A DNA stretch of 64,000 bases from Candidatus Versatilivorator sp. (GTDB taxonomy: Bacteria > Acidobacteriota > Terriglobia > Versatilivoradales > Versatilivoraceae): the NCBI GenBank assembly GCA_965207735.1, contig OZ242296.1, positions 4,640,001 through 4,704,000 of the forward strand, read 5' to 3'. Below, one piece after another: positions 29,401 through 39,166 of the stretch (positions are counted from its first letter, which is position 1; every line of letters begins with the position of its first letter). Below the pieces are notes generated by a model. The model did not search any database, was not told where the DNA came from, and saw only the letters and a program-made list of their open reading frames with translations. Both the position numbers and the translations under genes were made by a program.

Positions 29401-30398
29401 GGGGACGTTGTTGAATTACTGGAATAACTTGTTTCTCACTTCCGCGCCTTGGCTTGCGGAAAACCGGCATCCGACGCCAGGTCAAACCCGGCTGAGCGGT
29501 CCCGGTCCGCGGCACGCCCTATCACATTGTAGGCAACGAGTCCGTCTCGCCAGATCCAGAGCACTTCAGACTCGCCCTCCCCGCTTTTTCCCGGGCCAAC
29601 TCGCGTTGTCTCCCCATCGTAGGGGCAACCCTTGCGGTTGCCCGGTTGTTCGCGGTGGCCTGGAGGCGGAGGCAGGGAAACAGGGCAAGGATTCGTGGCG
29701 GCAAGCGGGAGCCTGTCAGGGTATACTCTTCAAGGTATGGTTTCGCCGGTGCCGATCGGTCCCGGTCCCCGGCGTGGCTGCACCTTTCTCCCTCTTCGAT
29801 TGAATCGTTTCCACGGGTTGGGTGAGGGAAATCACCCCGTCCGGAAAGGGAGAAAGTTGATGCCGACCTCGTCCAAGCCTGAAACCAGCGCAATCCATCG
29901 GGTCCTGATCGACAGCGGCGCGGACCCCAAGCTGATTCATCCCGCCATCGAGGAGATGCGTAACTTGAGTGGGCAGAACGTCATCACCGCCATCGGCGCT
30001 CAAATCACCGAGCTTCGGGCGGAGATGCAGACCCAAATCACCGCGCTCCGGACGGAGATGAACACCCTGAACAAGTTCATCTGGACGCTCGTCAGCCTGC
30101 TGTTCATTCCCATGCTTGGCCTGCTTTACAAGATTCTCACGTCGTGACCCAAGTCGATTTTGGCCGAGAAAAAATAAGGCGACGTTGTTGAATCACCGCA
30201 AAAACTTTGTTCCGGCTTTTACGTCTTGGCTGGCGGGTTACGAGCAGCCGAGGCTCCGAAATGTCCAGCTGGACAGCGCTGGTTTGCAGCACACCCTGTC
30301 ACACGGCGCGGTATCGAGTCCTTGAGCCCGTATCCAAGGCATCACAGAATCGCCCCTCCCAGTCTTTCCACTTATTCCACTAATTCAACAACGTCCCC
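29401..30398. mobile_element. Putative ~1-kb non-autonomous element bounded by 27-bp inverted repeats
   Basis: ggggacgttgttgaattactggaataa (29401-29427) vs ttattccactaattcaacaacgtcccc (30372-30398), 1 mismatch; partial internal end near 30179; no clear TSD. Confidence 0.6.
29860..30147 (+). CDS. Small coiled-coil protein with C-terminal TM anchor (DUF1640-like)
   Basis: GGAG RBS; QITELRAEM/QITALRTEM repeat followed by a hydrophobic helix. Confidence 0.65.
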   Translation: MPTSSKPETSAIHRVLIDSGADPKLIHPAIEEMRNLSGQNVITAIGAQITELRAEMQTQITALRTEMNTLNKFIWTLVSLLFIPMLGLLYKILTS

Positions 30399-30442
30399 TG
30401 TTTTCACCGACAAGGATCTTGTGGCGAGTGTCCCGCGTACCA

Positions 30443-31450
30443 CTAGCTCAGCGCCAGCATCTCCGAGACCTGTTCAAAAACTTCCTCCACCTCGATCTCC
30501 CCGACCGGGATTTTCCTGATGATCCGGCTATCGTCTCCCAGCGGCCGGTAGTGCAGGGGATCGCTGAGGCTGAACAGGCCCAGGGTGGGAACGCCCAGGG
30601 CGGGGCCGAAGTGCATGGGGCCGGAGTCGTTGCTCACCAGCAGGTGGCAGCGGCTGATTACCGCGGCCAGGTCCTTCAGTCCAAGTTGACCGGCCAGGGC
30701 GTAGTGGACGGTTTTCAGGGAGGACTCGGCTTGTCTGAGCAAGTCCTCTTCTCCGGGCCCGCAGAGTAAGAGAACGCCCAGGTCGAACCGGCCGGCCAGT
30801 TTGTCGGCCAGGGCTGCAAAGCGCGGCGCGGGCCACATCTTGTCGGCGGCGCTGGCTCCCAGGTTCATTCCGATCAGGCAGGGACATCCGTCCATCCCCT
30901 TTTCTCGCAATAATCGTTCCGCCGTGGTGCGGCTTTCGGCAGGGACTTCCAGCCGAATGTCCCGGGCGCCGGGGCTCGCCCTCAAGGTTTCCACCAGGGA
31001 ATCGAACCGATCGGCCACGTGCAGGCTCTGGTCTTCCGGCACCGGGTCCAGGTTGAAGCAGAAGGGCAGATAGGAGGGTTCGTTCCTTTTGAGACCGATC
31101 CGCCAGGGGGCCCGGCTGTACCAGGCCAGCAGGTTGGTTTCCCGAAAGCCGTGGAAATCGATCACCAGGTCGTAGCGGGCTTTGCGAAGCTCATGGGCCG
31201 ACCGGAGTGCGCTGAGAGCTCCCGACCACCAGGGGCTGTCGCGCATGCCGATGCGATCCGATGCAATCACCCTGTCGACGGCGGAACACATCTCCACAAC
31301 GGGAGCGTAGCGTTGATCCACCAGGGCGGAGATGTGGGCGGCGGAATACTGCCGGCGCAGGGCTCGCAAGGCGGGAATCAGCAGCACCAGGTCGCCCAGC
31401 CGTCCGTAGCGAATGACCAGGATCCTGGATATATCGGAGAGAGTGACCAT
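30443..31450 (-). CDS. Glycosyltransferase family 9 (LPS heptosyltransferase-like)
   Basis: RLGDLVL, KMWP, NDSGPMH, GVPTLGLF. Confidence 0.92.
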   Translation of the reverse strand: MVTLSDISRILVIRYGRLGDLVLLIPALRALRRQYSAAHISALVDQRYAPVVEMCSAVDRVIASDRIGMRDSPWWSGALSALRSAHELRKARYDLVIDFHGFRETNLLAWYSRAPWRIGLKRNEPSYLPFCFNLDPVPEDQSLHVADRFDSLVETLRASPGARDIRLEVPAESRTTAERLLREKGMDGCPCLIGMNLGASAADKMWPAPRFAALADKLAGRFDLGVLLLCGPGEEDLLRQAESSLKTVHYALAGQLGLKDLAAVISRCHLLVSNDSGPMHFGPALGVPTLGLFSLSDPLHYRPLGDDSRIIRKIPVGEIEVEEVFEQVSEMLALS

Positions 31451-31497
31451 GAAAGTGGGAATCCGATTCCCGACAAGCGGCCGTACGTGTTCACCCG

Positions 31498-31586
31498 GCC
31501 CCCGCCCTGCCGGGCGGACCATTCGAGGAAAAACGGTTGATCGTCAATAAAGATGAACCACCAATGGACACGAATGAACACAAATT
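31498..31586 (+). repeat. Dispersed repeat family B, copy 2
   Basis: gccccgccctgccgggcggaccattcgagg..gaaccaccaatggacacgaatgaacacaaat. Confidence 0.7.
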
Positions 31587-31823
31587 GCTTTTGAAGTACC
31601 CGTGGTCCTTGGCGGATCGTCGCTCAGTTTCTGCCGGCGAAGATTGTAGGGAAGCCCCTCGACTCAGTCAAAGCAGGGAGATTTGACGACAAAGGGGTCC
31701 GCCCGGGTGGGCCGCCGGCCTTGCCCGGAAACCAGTTGCTTTGTTCGAATCGCTTGATTATGCTTTGTAGCCCTGCGAAAGGTCCTTTTCAGTCTTTGTT
31801 TTGCGCTTCCAGGAGTCCAAACC

Positions 31824-33116
31824 ATGCTCCGGGCACCCTCACCTGGATTTTCTCGAAGGAACTTCCTTTCGGCCGCGCCGCTGACGGCCGCCGGAGGAAT
31901 GGCCGCCGCTGCCCCCTCCCGAAAGAGGCCCCGCATTGCCGCGGTGGTCAGCGAGTACCGCCGCTACTCTCACGCCCAGCACATCGTGGATCGATTCCTG
32001 TGGGGTTACGGTTGGGGCAACCGCCACCATCGCCCTCCCATGGACGTGGTTTCGGTGTACGTGGATCAAACTCCGGAGAACACCCTCATTCACGACCGCA
32101 TGCGGCGATTCCCGAAGATGAAGAAGTACCCCACCATTGCCGAGGCCCTGACTCAGGGCGGGAGCCGGTTGGCCGTGGACGGCGTGCTGCTGATCGGCGA
32201 GCACGGCAAGTATCCCAGGAACGAGAAGGGACAGACCCTCTATCCCCGCTACGAGTGGTTCAAGGAAATCACCCGAGTCTTCCGCGACAGCGGGAGGAGC
32301 GTCCCCGTGTTCAACGACAAGCACCTTTCCTGGAAGTGGGAATGGGCCAAGGAGATGGTGGACATCTCCAGGGAGTTGGACTTTGCCTTCCTGGCCGGTT
32401 CTTCGGTGCCGGTCACGCCCCGGCTGCCTTCCATCGACATGCCCCTGGGAGTGGAGATCGAGGAGGCGCTCTGCCTGGCCGTGGGAGGAATGGACGGATA
32501 CGACATCCACGCCCTGGAAGGGCTGCAGTGCATGGTCGAGCGCCGGCGCGGGGGCGAAACCGGGGCGGCATCCATCCACGCCCTCAGGGGAGATCCAGTC
32601 TACCAGGCCATGAAGGCCGGGTCCTGGCAGGCGGGCGGGTGGGATCCGGAGCTGTTGCAGGCCTGTCTCTGCCGCAGCCACAGCGTGACCCCCAGCCGCG
32701 AGGGGTTCAACCACGTGCTGCCCAGCCTGGACGCGGTCCCGGAGCTGATCACTGAGAACACGCCACTCGCCTATCGCTTCGAATACCTCGATGGCCTCAA
32801 GGGGACCATCCTGCTGATGGAAGGACTGGTGATGGACTTCACCTTCGCCGCCCGCCTCAAAGGGGGCGAGGTGATCTCCACCCAGATGTTTCTGCCGCCC
32901 CGGGAGGTCTGCAACTTCTTCAATCCGCAGTGTCATCACGTGGAGCAGATGTTCCTGACGGGGAAGGCTGGCTACCCGGTGGAACGCACCCTGCTGACCA
33001 CCGGCCTGACGGCCGCCGGCGTCGAGTCCGTCTGGCAGGGGCAGAAGCGCCTGGAGACGCCCCACTTGAACATCCGCTACCAACCGACTCAAGAGTCCAC
33101 TTTCTGGAGGAGCTGA
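31824..33116 (+). CDS. Tat-exported conserved hypothetical protein (Gfo/Idh/MocA-like fold suspected), paralog 1
   Basis: SRRNFL; SHAQH, IGEHGKYP, PVFNDKHLS, AGSS motifs shared with the next gene. Confidence 0.75.
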   Translation: MLRAPSPGFSRRNFLSAAPLTAAGGMAAAAPSRKRPRIAAVVSEYRRYSHAQHIVDRFLWGYGWGNRHHRPPMDVVSVYVDQTPENTLIHDRMRRFPKMKKYPTIAEALTQGGSRLAVDGVLLIGEHGKYPRNEKGQTLYPRYEWFKEITRVFRDSGRSVPVFNDKHLSWKWEWAKEMVDISRELDFAFLAGSSVPVTPRLPSIDMPLGVEIEEALCLAVGGMDGYDIHALEGLQCMVERRRGGETGAASIHALRGDPVYQAMKAGSWQAGGWDPELLQACLCRSHSVTPSREGFNHVLPSLDAVPELITENTPLAYRFEYLDGLKGTILLMEGLVMDFTFAARLKGGEVISTQMFLPPREVCNFFNPQCHHVEQMFLTGKAGYPVERTLLTTGLTAAGVESVWQGQKRLETPHLNIRYQPTQESTFWRS

Positions 33117-34381
33117 TGCTCAGCAGACGGACCTTTCTGGAAATCGCCGCGGCCTCCGGACTGGCGGCCCATCTGGGCTGTGCGGGGGGGCCGTCCGCCA
33201 AGAAGCGGAAGAAGCTGGCCATCATCGCCTCTATTTGGAGGTACCTCTCCCATGCGCAGCATTTCGGGGACCGCTTTCTGGTGGGATACCCGAGCAAGGG
33301 GCGGTGGCACCTCCCGGAAATGGACGTGGTTTCTCTGTATGTCGACCAGAAGCCGGAAGGAGATCAAAGCCAGGCCCGGGCCGACGAGTTCGGCTTCCAG
33401 GTCTACCCCACTATCCAGGAGGCTTTGAGGTGCGGCGGCGACAAGCTGGCAGTGGATGCCGTGCTGCTGATCATCGAGCACGGAGACTATCCACGAAACG
33501 CCAAGGGACAGGTGCTCTATCCGCGCTATGAGTTCTTTCAGCAGGTGGTGGAGGTATTCGAGCAGGACGGGCGCGCTGTTCCGGTGTTCAACGACAAGCA
33601 CCTCTCTTACGACACGGCCAAGGCCAAGAAGATGGTGGCCGATTCCAAGCGGCTGGGGTTCCCCCTGCTGGCGGGATCTTCCCTGCCGGTCACCTGGAGA
33701 ATCCCGGCCATCGAGCTTCCGCTGGACTGCGTCATCGAGGAAGCCCTGATGGTGGGTGTGGGGTCCTCCGACGCCAGCGACTACCACGCTCTGGAGGCCA
33801 TGCAGTGCATGGTGGAGCGGCGCCGGGGCGGAGAATCCGGCGTCAAGTCGGTTCAGCTGATCCAGGGGGATGCCGTGTGGAAGGCCGGCGAGGAAGGCCG
33901 CTGGTCCAAGAGGCTGCTGGAGGCAGCGCTGGCGCGTTCCAACAAGCTGCTGGGAGAAACGCTGATCGATGCCCGGCCCCAGGACCTGGCCAACAACGGA
34001 CAGTTGCCGAAGATCGTCAAGGAACCGGCAGCCTACTTTATCGAGCATGCCGACGGCCTGCAGTCCACCCTGCTCATGCTGAACGGCGGCGTGCAGGACA
34101 GGACCTTTGCCGCCAAGCTGCAAGGGATGGCGGAACCGCAGTCGCTGCTGTTCCAACTGCCGCCCGTGCCCAACGTCACCTATTCCGCCTGCCTGGCGGA
34201 AAAGATCGAGGAAATGATCGAGACGGGCCAGGCTCCCTTTCCGGCGGAGCGGACCCTGATCGTCAGCGGGATCCTCGACCACTGCCTGGAGTCCAAAGTC
34301 CAGGGCAACCGCAAGCTGGAGACTCCCGAACTGCAGATCAGTTACCAGCCGCCAGAGGGCTCTCATTTCTGCAGGGCCTGA
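33116..34381 (+). CDS. Tat-exported conserved hypothetical protein, paralog 2
   Basis: SRRTFL; same motifs as the upstream gene; TGATG coupling. Confidence 0.75.
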   Translation: MLSRRTFLEIAAASGLAAHLGCAGGPSAKKRKKLAIIASIWRYLSHAQHFGDRFLVGYPSKGRWHLPEMDVVSLYVDQKPEGDQSQARADEFGFQVYPTIQEALRCGGDKLAVDAVLLIIEHGDYPRNAKGQVLYPRYEFFQQVVEVFEQDGRAVPVFNDKHLSYDTAKAKKMVADSKRLGFPLLAGSSLPVTWRIPAIELPLDCVIEEALMVGVGSSDASDYHALEAMQCMVERRRGGESGVKSVQLIQGDAVWKAGEEGRWSKRLLEAALARSNKLLGETLIDARPQDLANNGQLPKIVKEPAAYFIEHADGLQSTLLMLNGGVQDRTFAAKLQGMAEPQSLLFQLPPVPNVTYSACLAEKIEEMIETGQAPFPAERTLIVSGILDHCLESKVQGNRKLETPELQISYQPPEGSHFCRA

Positions 34382-34444
34382 TTCTGCCGGCAGGGACATT
34401 TCATTGGGTCCGGGTTCCAGGCCGGACAGGAAGGGAGATTGGAA

Positions 34445-36160
34445 ATGGAGCACACCCGCCGGACCTTTCTGGGAGCCGGGGCTCTGGGAGCCGCCGCTCT
34501 CGGAAATGCGCTGGCTGCCCCGACAGCGGCCTCCGGCACAAAGCCTGCCTCCCGTCCGGCCAGTGACGGACGCCCTAAGCCGCCTGCTTACCGCATCATC
34601 TACAACTGGGACGGAGCTCCCCACAACTACTCGGAATTTCCCCAGTCGCTGGACCAGTTCCTGGACAAGGTCTACGCCCCCATGAAGGACACCCAGGTCG
34701 GGGCCCACTTCTGGTGCCTGGGCACCCATGAGGCCAAGTGGGCGTCCCAATCCATGGAGATGGTGGGCGACACCGTGGATCGGGTCTACGACAGGGTCGG
34801 GTCCATGCGCCACAGCGAAGGGGTGCGGGCCATGCTCGAGCGGGGCGAGAATCCCTTCCAGGCCGTGGTGGACCGGGGGCACGAGCTGGGGATGCAGGTC
34901 TATGCCTCCATCCGAATGAACGACAACCATTTCCGGGGACTGCAGGTCTCCGAGATGGCGGGTACGCGCATGCAGGGACTGACTCAATTGCGGCGCGACC
35001 ACCCGGAGTGGTGCCTGGGCCCGCGCCAGGCCCCCAAGTGGTTCGCGGCCTCCTGGAACTTCGCCATCCCCGAGGTCCGGGAACACCGGCTGCGCCACGT
35101 GACCGAGGTCTGCCGCCTGGCCGACTGGGACGGCGTCGAGCTGGACTGGCAGCGGCACGCCTTCCACCTTCCCCTGGATGACGCCTACCGGCTGCGCTAT
35201 ACCCTCACCGACCTGCAGCGGGCGCTGCGCCGCATGACCGAGCAGGTGGGGCGGGAGCGGGGCAGACCCTTTCAGGTGGCGGTCCGGGTGGCCACCACCC
35301 TGGAATCCTGCGGGCGGATCGGCTATGACCTGCCGGTCTGGGTCAAGGAGGGGCTTTGCGACCTGGTGATCGCCGGGGGAGGAGCCGGCACCGACTACGG
35401 CGTCGAGGTGGAGGCCTTCCAGGACCTGCTCGAGGATTCGGGAATTCCCTTCTACCCGGGGTTCGACTCCGGCTTCTGGGGTCCCCACGAAAGCCTGCTG
35501 CCCCGCCAGCAGTGGAATACCGCCATGGTGCGAGCGGCCGCCAGCGCCTACTGGGAACGGGGAGCCGACGGCATGTACGTCTTCAACTGGCACGCCAACG
35601 AGAAGACCCGGCGGCCCCTGCTCACCACCATCGGAGCCCCGGAGACCCTGAAGCGGACCGACAAGGTCTACGCCACCCTCCACCGATACGTCGGAGGCTG
35701 GCCCTTCAGCGAACCCAAGGAGGGAGCCTGGGCCGGAGCCGATCTGCACGACCGCATCTACGGAGAGACTCCCGTCCAGCTCTATCCCACCCTGACCGAG
35801 GAGGGCCCCGGCTTTCAGGTGGGGGTCTACGACGACACCCGGAAGGAGGCCCGGGCCGGGAGCCTGGACAAGATCGAGTTGCAGTTGGAGCTCAAGAACC
35901 GTTCGGTGAACGACCGCGTCGAGGTGAAGCTGGATGGAAACCTGCTTCCCGAGCCCGAGATACGAAACGTGGCCGCGGAAGACCCGAACAATCCCTCCGA
36001 CGTGGCCGAAAACAGTTGGCTGGTGTGGCGGCTGTCGCCGGATCAGGCCGGCCGGGGTGTCCACCACGTCCAGGTGCGGCTGCTGAAGCGCGATCCCCGC
36101 ATCCGGCCGCCTCTGACGGTGCAGAGCGTCGAGATCCACCTGAGCTATCGCCGCGGGTAA
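34445..36160 (+). CDS. Tat-exported putative glycoside hydrolase (GHL10-like TIM barrel)
   Basis: TRRTFL; ASIRMND, WNFAIPEVR, DGVELDW, GADGMYVFN. Confidence 0.65.
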   Translation: MEHTRRTFLGAGALGAAALGNALAAPTAASGTKPASRPASDGRPKPPAYRIIYNWDGAPHNYSEFPQSLDQFLDKVYAPMKDTQVGAHFWCLGTHEAKWASQSMEMVGDTVDRVYDRVGSMRHSEGVRAMLERGENPFQAVVDRGHELGMQVYASIRMNDNHFRGLQVSEMAGTRMQGLTQLRRDHPEWCLGPRQAPKWFAASWNFAIPEVREHRLRHVTEVCRLADWDGVELDWQRHAFHLPLDDAYRLRYTLTDLQRALRRMTEQVGRERGRPFQVAVRVATTLESCGRIGYDLPVWVKEGLCDLVIAGGGAGTDYGVEVEAFQDLLEDSGIPFYPGFDSGFWGPHESLLPRQQWNTAMVRAAASAYWERGADGMYVFNWHANEKTRRPLLTTIGAPETLKRTDKVYATLHRYVGGWPFSEPKEGAWAGADLHDRIYGETPVQLYPTLTEEGPGFQVGVYDDTRKEARAGSLDKIELQLELKNRSVNDRVEVKLDGNLLPEPEIRNVAAEDPNNPSDVAENSWLVWRLSPDQAGRGVHHVQVRLLKRDPRIRPPLTVQSVEIHLSYRRG

Positions 36161-36266
36161 ACAGTTCCTTTCCAGGGTCCCCTTCCCGCAACCGGGAACA
36201 AGAGGGCGCCCCGGAAATGTTCATTTGAGTGTTGCTTCGATTCCGATTAAAGAAGGAGTTTCCACT

Positions 36267-38168
36267 ATGAAGCGGGTACACCGAGATTCACCATTGTTGG
36301 TTCTGCTGGTCTGCGGGGTGCTGATCTCCGGCCTTGCCGGCTGCACCGCCGGAAACGGGTGGCGGGCCCTAAACCGGAAGGTCATCGAGGAGAACAACAT
36401 CAAGGGACGGGAGCGGGATATCCCCCATACCGAGGTTGCTCCCAGCCTGGAGGCGGGCAAGACCGTCCCCACGTCTGAGCTTCCGGTGATCCGGATCGCC
36501 GAAGGCGTCCAGGCCAGCGTCGCCTGGGGAGAGGGCGTCCTGATGGAGCGCCTCAGCATGGAGGCGGGCAGCAGCTATCCCGAGCAGGCGCTGGCTGAAG
36601 AGGTGATCACGCTGGTGGAGGCGGGCTCCGCGACCTGCACGGTCGGGGAGGAAACCTTCGAGTTGACCAAGGACAGCCTGCTCTACCTGACGCCCGGCAG
36701 CAAGCGTTCCCTCAAGGCGGGCGAGGAGGGGCTCAAGGCCATCGAGGTCTTCTCTCCGGTTCGGCTGGACCATTTGAGCCTGGCCGGAAAAGAGCACTCC
36801 GAGAACACCCGGGTGTCCTTCCCCGACCAGGGCGTGACTCCGTCCATCGAGCCCAACAAGGTGTACAACCTTAACGAGATCCAGTGGACGGGCCTGACAC
36901 CGCCGGCCAAGGACAAGACCTACAAGCGCAGCGCGGCCCTCTCCCGGTTGATCTGGGGGAAGAACGTCATGCTGAGTTGGATTCGCATGGATCCCAACTC
37001 CAATTTCCCCCTCCACATCCATCCCGAGGATCAGTTGATGGTCACCCTGCGGGGTTCGCTGGAGCAAGGCATTCTGGATGCCCGCCACCCTATTGACGGG
37101 AAAGAGCAGCACACGCACCTGCTGCCGGGCGGGATGGTCCACTCGGGCCACATGGGAGAGCATGGAGCCGATGCCCTGGACATCTTCTGGCCGGTCCGGC
37201 CCGACTACATTTCCTACGCGGAGAAGCAGAACGCTCTCTACCAGGAGGTCATCGACCCGGGTGTCAAGCCCGTCAAGCTGGCCGAGGGATTCGTCTTTAC
37301 CGAAGGCCCCACCTGGTTGAAAGGCAATCTCTATTTCTCCGACATGCACTTCCGCGCCGATTGGTCGGCCGATGTCAGCAAGAGTCGAACCATTCGCATG
37401 TCGCCCGACGGAAAATGGAAGGCGATCGCCACGGGGATGCAGACCAATGGAACCATTGCCTCCAAGCGCGGGCATCTGCTGGTCTGCGACATGTTCGGCC
37501 ATCGAGTCATCGAGATGAGTCGCCACAACGGCAGGATCCTGAAGACGGTGCTCTCCAGGGTCGGCGGCACCCGCATCGACGGTCCCAACGATATCGTGAT
37601 GGATTTGAAGGGTGGCATCTACGTCACCGATCCCCAGTTCATCCCGGACGCCAAGAAAATGCCGGGGACCCAGGTCTACTACCGCGACGCCAAGGGCAGG
37701 AGCAAGGTGGTGATCCCGGCGGGCGAGTTCGCCATGCCCAACGGGGTGGAGATTTCTCCCGACGGCAAGACTTTTTACGTCAACAACACCTGGCTGCAGC
37801 CCGGAGAAAATTTTGTCTGGGCCTACGACGTCCAGGCGGACGGTTCGCTCACCAACAAGCGCAAGTTCGCCAGTCTGAACCTGGGACCGGACGTGCTGGA
37901 TGCCGAGGAAGTGAAGGACCGCTTCAACTCCCAGGCCGACGGCATGGCGGTGGACATGGACGGCCGCATTTACGTGGCCACCCTCTCGGGAGCGCAGATC
38001 TTCGACGCCGACGGCAACTACGTGGGAACCATCTGGTGTCCGCAGTTTCCGGTCAGTCTGACCTTCGGCGGCGAGAACTACGACGTGCTCTACATGGTGG
38101 GGCAGTCCTCGGTCTGGTCCATCCAGACCAAGGTGAAGGGATTCCGCTACCCCGAGGGACTGAATTGA
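36267..38168 (+). CDS. Lipoprotein with two cupin domains fused to an SMP-30/gluconolactonase propeller
   Basis: LAGC lipobox; PLHIHPEDQ..GGMVH cupin; FTEGPTW, GPNDI, PNGVEISPDG, ADGMAVD. Confidence 0.82.
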   Translation: MKRVHRDSPLLVLLVCGVLISGLAGCTAGNGWRALNRKVIEENNIKGRERDIPHTEVAPSLEAGKTVPTSELPVIRIAEGVQASVAWGEGVLMERLSMEAGSSYPEQALAEEVITLVEAGSATCTVGEETFELTKDSLLYLTPGSKRSLKAGEEGLKAIEVFSPVRLDHLSLAGKEHSENTRVSFPDQGVTPSIEPNKVYNLNEIQWTGLTPPAKDKTYKRSAALSRLIWGKNVMLSWIRMDPNSNFPLHIHPEDQLMVTLRGSLEQGILDARHPIDGKEQHTHLLPGGMVHSGHMGEHGADALDIFWPVRPDYISYAEKQNALYQEVIDPGVKPVKLAEGFVFTEGPTWLKGNLYFSDMHFRADWSADVSKSRTIRMSPDGKWKAIATGMQTNGTIASKRGHLLVCDMFGHRVIEMSRHNGRILKTVLSRVGGTRIDGPNDIVMDLKGGIYVTDPQFIPDAKKMPGTQVYYRDAKGRSKVVIPAGEFAMPNGVEISPDGKTFYVNNTWLQPGENFVWAYDVQADGSLTNKRKFASLNLGPDVLDAEEVKDRFNSQADGMAVDMDGRIYVATLSGAQIFDADGNYVGTIWCPQFPVSLTFGGENYDVLYMVGQSSVWSIQTKVKGFRYPEGLN

Positions 38169-38344
38169 GTGGATAGTGGCTAGTGGATAGTGGTTAGTGT
38201 TTTTGATCGATGCGTTTAGCATCCTGAGGGCCTCGGAGCAGTCCTACAAAGGGTGCAACCAGGTCACCAGGGGCTTGCCTTCCCCCGATTCGTTCCACTA
38301 ACCGCCACTAACCACTGACAACTAACCACTAATCACAAACCACA
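38166..38344. repeat. Inverted pair of heptamer arrays (family H) around ~95 bp
   Basis: (ntagtgg)-type x5 at 38166-38199 and (ccactaa)-type array at 38295-38344. Confidence 0.75.
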
Positions 38345-38358
38345 GGAGTCGTGATCTC

Positions 38359-39117
38359 ATGCAAAACCGAATGAAGGCCTTGCTGCGTCAGGGCAAGGCG
38401 GTCTTTTCCTGCACCATTAGAACCCCTCATCCCAACCTGGCCGAGATCGCCGGTCTGGCCGGGTATGAGTGCATCATGCTGGACGCCGAGCATGGAACCG
38501 TCAGCAGCGACACCCTGGACGCCATGATTCTGGCCGTGCGGGCCACCGGGGCGACTCCCATCGTTCGGGTGCCGGGAGTGGACCGAACCCTGGTCAAGCA
38601 GGCCCTGGACCATGGGGCCGACGGCATCCTCTTTCCCCATATCCGCAGCGTCGAGGATGCCAGGGCGGCGGTATCGCTGTGCAAGTACCCCCCGCAGGGA
38701 AGGCGCGGCGCCGGGCCCGGACGCCCCATCGGCTATGGACTGGAGGACGCCCGCGCCTACCTGGATCAGGCCAACGATCAAGTCCTGGTGGCGCTCATGC
38801 TGGAGGAGCCGGCTGCCGTCGAGCAACTGGAGGACATTGGCGCCGTTCCCGGAATCGATATCTTCAACATGGGTCCCTGGGATCTGTCCACCGCCTATGG
38901 GCACCCCATCGAGACCCGCCATCCCCTGGTGTTGCAGGCCCTGGACAAGGCCCTGGAAGTCGGCAGGCGGCACGGCATCCATGTGGGCGTCTCGCCCGAG
39001 AGCGAAGAGCATGTCAAGCAGCTCTACGACAAGGGCGCCCGATTCTTCGAGTCGGTCAACCTGGAGGGATTCGTGGCGGAGCGACTGGCCGATTACCACC
39101 GGGCCTGCCAGCCGTAG
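38359..39117 (+). CDS. HpcH/HpaI aldolase family protein
   Basis: LDAEHG, PIVRVP, LDHGADG, YPPQGRRG, GPWDLS. Confidence 0.92.
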   Translation: MQNRMKALLRQGKAVFSCTIRTPHPNLAEIAGLAGYECIMLDAEHGTVSSDTLDAMILAVRATGATPIVRVPGVDRTLVKQALDHGADGILFPHIRSVEDARAAVSLCKYPPQGRRGAGPGRPIGYGLEDARAYLDQANDQVLVALMLEEPAAVEQLEDIGAVPGIDIFNMGPWDLSTAYGHPIETRHPLVLQALDKALEVGRRHGIHVGVSPESEEHVKQLYDKGARFFESVNLEGFVAERLADYHRACQP

Positions 39118-39166
39118 TCTAAAGCGGTGCCGGTAGACTTGTCTGAAACAACCTAAAAAGACAAAA

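Noticed and set aside
33089-38222. Long antisense ORFs (33089-36139, 36369-38222 and similar elsewhere)
   Set aside because: Shadow frames of well-supported genes in GC-rich DNA.
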